Assembly: GCA_964203735.1 (NCBI GenBank)
Contig: CAXNNM010000001.1
Coordinates: 1 to 29,886 of the forward strand
DNA length: 29,886 bases
Reading direction: 5' to 3'
Origin: Gaiellales bacterium
Lineage (GTDB): Bacteria; Actinomycetota; Thermoleophilia; Gaiellales; F1-60-MAGs149
The notes beneath the pieces were generated by a model. That model did not search any database. It was given only the letters and a program-made list of their open reading frames with translations, and was not told the origin of the DNA. The first letter of the stretch is position 1; every line of letters begins with the position of its first letter. A program made the position numbers and the translations under genes. Shown here piece by piece: positions 8,281 through 14,902 of this stretch.

Positions 8281-9134
8281 GCACGCCCCCCTCTCCCCAC
8301 GCACTGACACGGCTCAGCGACCGGATCGTCGAACGGGTCGCCGGGCTCGATGGGGCTGTAGTTGCGCTGTCAGGTGGTGTCGATTCGTCGGTGGTCGCCG
8401 CCTTGGCCGTCCGTGCCCTCGGCGAGCGAGCGCTCGCCGTAACTGCTGTCTCTCCGGCGCTCGCCACGGGCGAGCTCGATGGCGCCGCCAGCGTGGCTCT
8501 CACCGTTGGCATCCGGCACGAGGCGATTATGACGAATGAGCTGGCGCGCGCCGGCTATCGCGCGAACGGTTCCGACCGCTGCTATCACTGCAAATCCGAG
8601 CTCTACGACAACCTCGCTGCGATCGCCCAGCAGCGCGGCTACGCAGCCGTGCTGTCGGGCGCGAACGCGGATGACCTTGGCGACTGGCGCCCCGGCCTAA
8701 TTGCAGCGGAGGAACACGGCGTACTGCATCCGTTGGTTGAGTTTGCCGTTGACAAAGACCAGGTGCGGCTGCTCGCGGCACACCTGGGCGTACCGAACGC
8801 CAAGAAGGTCGCCAGCCCATGCCTAGCCTCGCGCATCCCCCACGGTACGCCGGTCCACGCGGATACATTGGCGCAGATTGATCGTGCCGAGCAGGCTCTG
8901 CACGGACTCGGACTCGGACCACTGCGGGTTCGTCACTACGACGAGCTAGGTCGCGTCGAATTGAGCGAGAATGACCTCGCCCGTCGCGATCTGCTTGAGC
9001 CAGCGATCGTCGCGGCCGTCACGGTCGCCGGCTACACCAGCGTGGAGATCAGTGCCACGCCCTTTCGGTCGGGAAGTTTGACGCGCCAATTCGTCAGCAG
9101 CCTCCCGATCGCGCAGTGCGTGGAGAACCGCTGA
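8277..9134 (+). CDS. larE: NPN cofactor sulfur transferase LarE (PP-loop ATPase)
   Basis: PP-loop SGGVDS, DRCYHCK, NADDLGDWRPG, SPCLASRIPHG and LRVRH motifs; ATGA overlap with larC. Confidence 0.93.
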   Translation: MSTPPSPHALTRLSDRIVERVAGLDGAVVALSGGVDSSVVAALAVRALGERALAVTAVSPALATGELDGAASVALTVGIRHEAIMTNELARAGYRANGSDRCYHCKSELYDNLAAIAQQRGYAAVLSGANADDLGDWRPGLIAAEEHGVLHPLVEFAVDKDQVRLLAAHLGVPNAKKVASPCLASRIPHGTPVHADTLAQIDRAEQALHGLGLGPLRVRHYDELGRVELSENDLARRDLLEPAIVAAVTVAGYTSVEISATPFRSGSLTRQFVSSLPIAQCVENR

Positions 9135-9856
9135 TGGGACTGTTCGATCCCATTGACGAGCACCTCTCGACCGTGGGTGGTGGTTGGGTTTTTGTCCTCG
9201 TTGTCGCAGTCCTGCTCGGACTGCGTCACGCAACGGATCCCGATCACCTGACAGCGTTGCTCTCCCTGCGCCTGAGAGGCAGCCAGCGACCACCCCATCG
9301 ACTGGGCCTCGCCTGGGGCGCTGGTCATGCGGTGACGATGATCCTCGTCGGAGTGCCCTTGATCCTGTTCGTTGGACAACTCCCCACTGCGCTGCAGCAG
9401 GGGCTTGAGGTGGCTGTCGGCATACTCATCATCGTGCTCTCAATCCGTGTGCTGTGGGGACTCGTAGAGCTGAGGGCCCACGCGCACGAGCACGCCCATG
9501 GTGACGGCGTCGTACACTCTCACCCCCACGTCCACGGTGCCGGCGCGCACGCGCATGGCATCCGATCGACGCGGAGCGCCTTCTCGATTGGTCTGCTCCA
9601 TGGGGCCGCTGGCAGCGCCAGCATCGTCGCACTCATTCTCACGCGCCTCGAGAGCCCACTGCTCGCCTGCCTCTCACTCGTGGTCATCGCCGGCTTCTGC
9701 ATGCTCTCGATGGCCTGCTGCTCGTGGGTGCTCTGCCGGAGCCTTGACGGTAGCGAGCGACGCGTTGATCAACGTTGGATTGCTGGCGTCGGCGGCAGCC
9801 TCGCGCTCTGCTTTGGCTTCGTCTACGCCGCCTCCGCGGCGGGTTTCGTCGCATGA
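9134..9856 (+). CDS. Nickel/cobalt transporter (NiCoT-like, UreH/SodT type) membrane protein
   Basis: GLRHATDPDH resembles the NiCoT RHAxDxDH signature; also WGAGHAVT, a His-rich loop and GLLHGAAGS, with several hydrophobic segments. Start re-placed at 9134 (TGATG overlap). Confidence 0.8.
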   Translation: MGLFDPIDEHLSTVGGGWVFVLVVAVLLGLRHATDPDHLTALLSLRLRGSQRPPHRLGLAWGAGHAVTMILVGVPLILFVGQLPTALQQGLEVAVGILIIVLSIRVLWGLVELRAHAHEHAHGDGVVHSHPHVHGAGAHAHGIRSTRSAFSIGLLHGAAGSASIVALILTRLESPLLACLSLVVIAGFCMLSMACCSWVLCRSLDGSERRVDQRWIAGVGGSLALCFGFVYAASAAGFVA

Positions 9857-10629
9857 ACGACGAAGTCACTCGTAGCGCGACGAGCCTGGCATCCGTCGAC
9901 CGCTCACTGCGATTACTCGAGGAGCTCGCACGCTCTGGCGATCTCGGCGTCACCGAACTTGCCTCACGGATTGGCGCTGGCAAGGCAACCGCCCATCGGC
10001 TAGTCAAGACGCTCGAGGCGCGCGACTACGTCGTCCAGAACACCAATTCGACGTATCGGCTCGGGCCTCGCTGCCTCTACCTCGCCCAAGGTGTCGAAGC
10101 CGGCCTCGACCTGCGCAGCGCAGCACTGCCGATCCTCGCGGCCCTGCGGGATCGCACCGGCGAGACGGCACAGTTGACCGTCTTCGATGAGGGCGACGTC
10201 GTCTACGTCGAGCAGGTCACGTCCCGTAAGCCCGTGCGTAGCGTTGGGGAAATTGGTGGCCGAGCGCCCGCGCATTGTGTGTCCGGCGGCCTAGCCCTGC
10301 TCGCCTTTGGGCCACCGGAGAGTGTCGCCTACCTTACCGCCCGTGGCGAATCTTCCCCTACCCCAACGGCGAAGCAACGCTGGCTCGACCTCGATGCCGA
10401 GCTCTCGACAATCCGTACAGCAGGCTATGCGGTCAACCGCGGCGGTTTCCAGTCAGAGGTCGGTGGCGTGGCTGCACCAATTATGGACGTCAACGGCATC
10501 GCCATCGCAGCCATCAGCACCTGCGTTCCTCTGTTTCGCCTCGATGCGGTTGGTGTCACCACGCTCGCGGAGGCCGTCACCTCTGCCGCCCGCGAAATGA
10601 GCGTGCTACTCGGGGCCGACGCCGGATAG
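9853..10629 (+). CDS. IclR-family transcriptional regulator
   Basis: N-terminal HTH SVDRSLRLLE...GVTELASRIGAGKATAHRLVKTL, then YRLG, TGETAQL, and C-terminal GYAVNRGG...GVAAPI. Start at MNDEV (ATGA overlap with the transporter stop). Confidence 0.93.
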   Translation: MNDEVTRSATSLASVDRSLRLLEELARSGDLGVTELASRIGAGKATAHRLVKTLEARDYVVQNTNSTYRLGPRCLYLAQGVEAGLDLRSAALPILAALRDRTGETAQLTVFDEGDVVYVEQVTSRKPVRSVGEIGGRAPAHCVSGGLALLAFGPPESVAYLTARGESSPTPTAKQRWLDLDAELSTIRTAGYAVNRGGFQSEVGGVAAPIMDVNGIAIAAISTCVPLFRLDAVGVTTLAEAVTSAAREMSVLLGADAG

Positions 10630-10653
10630 TTCCTAGCCAGACCACCTGAGGGG

Positions 10654-10935
10654 CTATCGAGACTGATACCCAGGACGGCGCGGCACTTTAACGCCGGCAG
10701 CCGCAATTTGCTCCTCCGTTGGTCCGTTGTCGGCGAGTGACCGGAAGGCCTCAAGTACTGCACGCGGCGAGTTGCGGTGCCGGATCGCAGCCATCGTCAA
10801 GGGCTCGGAGAGAGCACCACTGCAGTGCGCGCACGGCCAGTACAACCGTCGCGAAAGTTCGGCCGCCGTACCGGGATATTTTTTGAAGATATCGACCAGT
10901 AACGTCGAGCCAGTGATGCTGAACTCGGTGGTCAC
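10654..10935 (-). CDS. Small CxxC protein resembling DUF1858 (hybrid-cluster-protein-associated redox disulfide domain)
   Basis: ITGSTLLVDIFKKYP...WPCAHCSGALSEPLTMAAIRH follows the I..T...I..KYP...CxxC..A..E.L..AA..H pattern. The GTG start is 8 bp after the larA-like stop on the same strand. Confidence 0.6.
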   Translation of the reverse strand: MTTEFSITGSTLLVDIFKKYPGTAAELSRRLYWPCAHCSGALSEPLTMAAIRHRNSPRAVLEAFRSLADNGPTEEQIAAAGVKVPRRPGYQSR

Positions 10936-10943
10936 GTGTCGGC

Positions 10944-12368
10944 CTAGTGCGTCGGGATCTCCACAGGCGGCGGCTCGTTCGGCGTCATCCGAATCATGTG
11001 GCGCGCGAGCTGGTAGCGGGCGAAGGGCAAGATCACGACCTTCGCATCCGGCCCATGCTTTTCGAGCGCACGATCGAACGTCTCTTGGAGCGAGGTGCTA
11101 GCGGCAATGCCGATCTCCGCCGCCATTGCGAGGTTCTCTTCCAGCGTCACCATTGTTAGGTGCTTGCGCGTCATCACCTCGTAGATTGGCACCCAGATGC
11201 AGCCGGCCCACATCTGGATCGTGCGCGAATGGATATCGCGCAGCACGCGCTCGTAGCTTGCGGTCGTCGGTGGCATATATGGCGTCATTAGATCCATCAA
11301 AGCGAGACCCGGAAAATCACCAATCGCTGTGTGTACGCCGGGCGATGGCGAGCAATAAATGAGATCCCCGCCGTCCTTCAGAATCGGGTCAGCGCTCATG
11401 CAACCCCAGCCGGTGTGGAAGAAAAGATGGTCGGTCGGCGCAAAGACGCCGCAGACCACGATGTCCGCCTGCCCGTGTTCGGCGACCGGGCTATCGTAGG
11501 CATAGATCTCGTTGAATCGCGTGATCGCTGCGACATGGGCCTCGGGGTGACGCCCGAAGATCAGCTCGATCGCGCGCCCGCGGGTGTCGAGAATCGCATT
11601 GAGTGTGCAGTCAAGGCCACACATCGTCGCCACCTCGTCGATATCTGCCCGCATCGGCCCGCCGAGCGCACCGTAATGCGTCTGCGGTGAGGGGACGAAG
11701 GCTCCATGGTTGGACTCGATCGTCTCGTCGGACACGACGCCTGGCATGATCAACTTGCCACCACCGCCCGCGCCCCAATGGTTTGACTGCGCCTGACCGA
11801 TCGTGATCGTGACATCACGCTTCATCACTTCGTTGTGGAGCCAGACCGGTGTGCCACGCGATGAGACGCCGACGAAGGAGTAATTATCCACTTCGCGTGG
11901 ATCGTTCTGAAAGAACGGAATTCCCATTTGCTTCATGCGGGCGAGGTTCTCGCGGCCGATCTTCTGATCAATGTCCGACTCCGACATTGGGAAGACCTTG
12001 CCGTTGGCACAGACGACGACCGCATCCGTGACACCAGCCGCCTCGAGCTCGTCAAAGATGGCGGGCAAGATCTTCATCTGCGGCGTCGGCCGGAACTGAT
12101 TGTCGATCACCACAGCGACGGACTTGCCACCCTTGATCAACTCGGCGAACGTCGGCCCACTCTGCGGGTTGCGAAGTGCGTGTCGCGCAGCCTCTAGCGT
12201 ACTCGCAGTGGGCTCCGGCTCGTTGGGACGAATATCTGCCATCAGGTTCTTGAGCGGGAACGACAACTCGAGGGTATCGCGATAGACCAGCGTGTCGTCA
12301 TCGGCCGACCCAATCGTCAGCGGATCGATCGACTCGTACGGAATGATGGTGTGGTGTAGCTCGGTCAT
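10944..12368 (-). CDS. larA: Divergent LarA-family (lactate racemase superfamily, DUF2088) nickel-pincer protein, substrate unknown
   Basis: LarA-like blocks: ALRNPQSGP, VAVVIDNQFRPTP, GVSSRGTPVWL, GGGGKLIMPG, ETIESNH, LNAILD, ADIVVC, LKDGGDLI and AKVVILPFA. Start at ATG 12368 (GGGAG SD); the upstream GTG at 12401 overlaps the predicted -10 box. The family call is firm; lactate racemase activity is not claimed. Confidence 0.85.
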   Translation of the reverse strand: MTELHHTIIPYESIDPLTIGSADDDTLVYRDTLELSFPLKNLMADIRPNEPEPTASTLEAARHALRNPQSGPTFAELIKGGKSVAVVIDNQFRPTPQMKILPAIFDELEAAGVTDAVVVCANGKVFPMSESDIDQKIGRENLARMKQMGIPFFQNDPREVDNYSFVGVSSRGTPVWLHNEVMKRDVTITIGQAQSNHWGAGGGGKLIMPGVVSDETIESNHGAFVPSPQTHYGALGGPMRADIDEVATMCGLDCTLNAILDTRGRAIELIFGRHPEAHVAAITRFNEIYAYDSPVAEHGQADIVVCGVFAPTDHLFFHTGWGCMSADPILKDGGDLIYCSPSPGVHTAIGDFPGLALMDLMTPYMPPTTASYERVLRDIHSRTIQMWAGCIWVPIYEVMTRKHLTMVTLEENLAMAAEIGIAASTSLQETFDRALEKHGPDAKVVILPFARYQLARHMIRMTPNEPPPVEIPTH

Positions 12369-12399
12369 CGGGGGCTCCCGCGCGTAAGTAGGTAGGTGC

Positions 12400-12429
12400 A
12401 CGCTAGCGTCCGAGAGGCCCTCTGGTCAA
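12400..12429 (-). promoter_or_regulatory. Putative promoter for the larA-like unit, TTGACC-N18-TAGCGT
   Basis: Read on the mirror copy at 17458-17487; same TTG-N18-TAGnnT layout as the larB promoter. Confidence 0.5.
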
Positions 12430-12442
12430 CATTTCGGGCGCT

Positions 12443-12459
12443 GTTCCGACCAGCGGAAC
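12443..12459. promoter_or_regulatory. Candidate operator 2, GTTCCG-N5-CGGAAC perfect-arm palindrome
   Basis: gttccgaccagcggaac at 12443-12459. On the larA sense strand it reads GTTCCGCTGGTCGGAACA, matching operator 1. Confidence 0.65.
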
Positions 12460-12608
12460 GATCGAGGCTCGTCGCCGCGACTGCGCTCGCCGCCGCCGGT
12501 GAGCATTCGGCCGTACCGACGCAGAGTCGGCCGCCGCGTTACGGGCCTGATCAATGCTGTACAAGGGGCGGTGCAGTCCGCGCGCGAAAGGCGTGATTGT
12601 GACACATG

Positions 12609-12640
12609 CGTACGCTATTTTCAGTGCGACACGTACGCTA
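12609..12640 (+). promoter_or_regulatory. Direct repeat CGTACGCTA x2 upstream of vapB, candidate autoregulatory operator
   Basis: Copies at 12609-12617 and 12632-12640, each containing the palindrome CGTACG, ending 19 bp before the vapB ATG. Confidence 0.45.
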
Positions 12641-12659
12641 ACTTTGAGGCATAGAAACG

Positions 12660-12884
12660 ATGGCCAAGAAACACACCTCGCTCTACATCGACGAGCAACT
12701 GCTCGCCGAAGCGGAACGCCTGCTCAGCACGAGCGGACCCACAGAGACCGTCAATCGCGCGCTCACCATGGCGGTGGAGCTCGAGCTGCGACGAGGGCTG
12801 CTCTCGACCCCGTTCGGTATCACGGAGGAAGAGCTCCAGGACATGCGACACCAGCGCGGAGCGTACGAGCGACCGGTCGTATGA
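12660..12884 (+). CDS. vapB: VapB-type antitoxin (RHH-like N-terminus)
   Basis: KHTSLYIDEQLLAEAERLL...TETVNRAL resembles actinobacterial VapB; 74 aa; ATGA overlap with a PIN-domain gene. Confidence 0.85.
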   Translation: MAKKHTSLYIDEQLLAEAERLLSTSGPTETVNRALTMAVELELRRGLLSTPFGITEEELQDMRHQRGAYERPVV

Positions 12885-13294
12885 GTGCTCTGATCGACAG
12901 CTCCGGCTGGATCTGGGCCGAACGCAATCCCTCTGCTGCGGCGACAGGCGACCTGCTAACGGAGATCGAACACGGCACAGCGGGAACCTGCGACCCGGTG
13001 CGTCTCGAACTCCTACGCGGCGTCTCGAACCTGCGCCAGTTCGACACGCTCGACGCTCGACTTTCCGCTCTGCCAGATACCCCAGTCGAACGTGAAGCCT
13101 TCCGGCTTGCTGCCGATATCCAACGTGCACTCGCCAAACGCTCCGGATCCAAGCATCGATCGATCCCTGTTGTCGACTTGCTGATCGCTGGCGCCGCAAT
13201 CGCCGCCGAACAGGTCATCATCCATCGCGATCGAGACTTCGAGACGATCGCGGCGATCACCCATCAGCCCCTGCGCTGGCTCGGACCCCGCTAG
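12881..13294 (+). CDS. vapC: VapC PIN-domain ribonuclease toxin
   Basis: LIDSS, VRLELLRG, VVDLLIAGAA and HRDRDFETIA provide the PIN acidic residues. True start is ATG 12881 (137 aa), not 12554. Confidence 0.92.
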   Translation: MSALIDSSGWIWAERNPSAAATGDLLTEIEHGTAGTCDPVRLELLRGVSNLRQFDTLDARLSALPDTPVEREAFRLAADIQRALAKRSGSKHRSIPVVDLLIAGAAIAAEQVIIHRDRDFETIAAITHQPLRWLGPR

Positions 13295-13303
13295 CCGGCC
13301 GAG

Positions 13304-14902
13304 CTAGCCGCGGTAGACAATCTCGCCGTCGACCATCGTCATCCGGACGGGGTTGGTGATCAACTCGTCGGGATTGCAGGTGACTGGATCTTCGGCGAAC
13401 GCGGTCAGGTCGGCGCAGTAGCCGATCTTGATTCGTCCAAGCCGATGCTCCTCGGAGATCGTGCGTGCAGCCATCGTCGTGTAGCCCTCGAGCGCGGCCA
13501 GACCATCGATGTTTTGCGTGTCGAAGGCGTCGCGCTTGTAGCCGGGTGGTCGGCGCAGTTGCGCGGAGGCCATGCCGATGCGCGGATCGAAGCGGGCGAC
13601 GGGCCAGTCGGAGCCGAGCGCCACGATTGCACCGGACTCGCGCAGCGAGCGCGTCGGGAAGGCGCGGTCGCAGCGACCCGTGCCCATGCGTGTCGTCCAG
13701 TTGCAGGTGCGGGCAGGATCGAGCCACATCATGTGCTGCGTCTGCATCGAGGCAACCACGTTCTCGGCGGCAAAGCGCGGTAGATCCGACAGCTGCAGCG
13801 TCTCGATGTGTTCGATGCGATGACGGATGCCTTCTTGGGCACCAGCGTCGCGGTACGCGTCGAGTGCCTCACGCACGCCGCGATCGCCACAGGCGTGCGT
13901 CGAGCATTGGAAGCCCGCATCGGCAAAGCGCTTGACGGCCTTGCGGTACTTGGCTGGGTCGGGCCAGAACGGCAGCAGCCCCTCACCCTCCGAGTCGGGC
14001 TCGCAGAGCCACGCCGTACCGGTGTCGATGACACCATCGATGAAGAACTTGGCGACTCCACCACGCCAGCGGCGGCCACGGGCATCACGATGCGGGATAA
14101 ACGTCTCCCACTCGGCCTCGGTCATCTCGGGCTTGATCCAGAACGGCATCGTCAGACGCGTACGTAGTCGCCCAGAGGCCTCAAGTTCGCGCAACGTGTC
14201 GAGCGTCGACAGGTCGCCGTCCATGCCGTGAATGCCGGTGATCCCGACGGCCGCAAACTTGAGCATCTGCGCCGCATAGAAGTCGAGCTTCTGCGTGTGT
14301 GAGATTGGCGGCATCGCCTCTTCGACAAGGCCAATCGCACCCCACTCGCGCAGCTCGCCTGTCGGCGCACCCGCGGCGTCGCAGACGATCTCGGCGTTCT
14401 CCGTAAACGTCCGTGAACCCGTGATGCCCGCGATGTCGAGCGCGCGCTGCGAGACCAGCGCGGTATGGAAATCCATGAACTTGATGAAGACCGGGCGACC
14501 ACCAGCGGCCTCCTCGATCAGCTCGCGATGGATCGGGCGTCCCTGGAAGGCGTCGTAGAGCAGACCCCAACCAATCACCCACTCGTCCGGCCCCTTATCG
14601 GCCGCCTCGGCCCGAATGCCGGCGAGTACGTCGTCCCAGGTAAAGGCGTCCAGCAGGTCCGCGCCGCGAGCATCGAGCGCGCCCATCAACGGGTGGACGT
14701 GCGAATCCGTAATGCCCGGCACCAACGCTGCACCTTGCAGGTCGATCACCTCGGCCGTGCCAGCCGTGGCCCGCAGTTCGGCATCCGAACCGATCGCGAG
14801 GATCGCACCCGAACCAAGGGCGACTGCGGTGGCGTGCGGGTTGGCGGGGTCGAGCGTGCGAACCTTGGCGTTGATCAGAACGGTCTCGATGGGCTGATGC
14901 AT
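13304..14902 (-). CDS. Amidohydrolase family 3 (YtcJ/NfdA-like) metal-dependent hydrolase
   Basis: DLQGAALVPGITDSHVH, GWG, TGELRE, KFFIDG, HACGD, RIEH, LGSDWPV and G.IKIGYCADL motifs. Confidence 0.9.
   Translation of the reverse strand: MHQPIETVLINAKVRTLDPANPHATAVALGSGAILAIGSDAELRATAGTAEVIDLQGAALVPGITDSHVHPLMGALDARGADLLDAFTWDDVLAGIRAEAADKGPDEWVIGWGLLYDAFQGRPIHRELIEEAAGGRPVFIKFMDFHTALVSQRALDIAGITGSRTFTENAEIVCDAAGAPTGELREWGAIGLVEEAMPPISHTQKLDFYAAQMLKFAAVGITGIHGMDGDLSTLDTLRELEASGRLRTRLTMPFWIKPEMTEAEWETFIPHRDARGRRWRGGVAKFFIDGVIDTGTAWLCEPDSEGEGLLPFWPDPAKYRKAVKRFADAGFQCSTHACGDRGVREALDAYRDAGAQEGIRHRIEHIETLQLSDLPRFAAENVVASMQTQHMMWLDPARTCNWTTRMGTGRCDRAFPTRSLRESGAIVALGSDWPVARFDPRIGMASAQLRRPPGYKRDAFDTQNIDGLAALEGYTTMAARTISEEHRLGRIKIGYCADLTAFAEDPVTCNPDELITNPVRMTMVDGEIVYRG

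Noticed and set aside
10630-10653. Intrinsic terminators between convergent genes (iclR/CxxC gene; also vapC/amidohydrolase at 13295-13303)
   Set aside because: The gaps are 24 bp and 9 bp with no convincing stem-loop plus U-tract.
10828-10839. c-type heme-binding motif in the small CxxC protein
   Set aside because: The sequence is CAHCS, not CxxCH, and there is no signal peptide.
10944-12368. Calling the gene a bona fide lactate racemase
   Set aside because: Several canonical catalytic and substrate-binding motif positions appear substituted; only family membership is supported.
12503-12557. Possible NiCo riboswitch or ncRNA upstream of larA (GCATT...AATGC closing stem, TGATCAGGC, small internal hairpins)
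   Set aside because: There is only a fragmentary resemblance and the 3' conserved segment I recall is missing. It also lies upstream of the predicted larA promoter, and short stems are expected in high-GC DNA. An Infernal search with the Rfam NiCo model would settle it.
12554-12880. N-terminal extension making VapC a 246-aa fusion protein
   Set aside because: It overlaps the promoter region and vapB in another frame. The PIN domain starts at ATG 12881 with canonical ATGA coupling.
238-14897. The many remaining 60-300 aa ORFs in the track (for example 429-1004, 1076-1654, 5566-6471, 7516-8310)
   Set aside because: They are shadow ORFs overlapping well-supported genes, as expected in stop-poor high-GC DNA, and show no family motifs.
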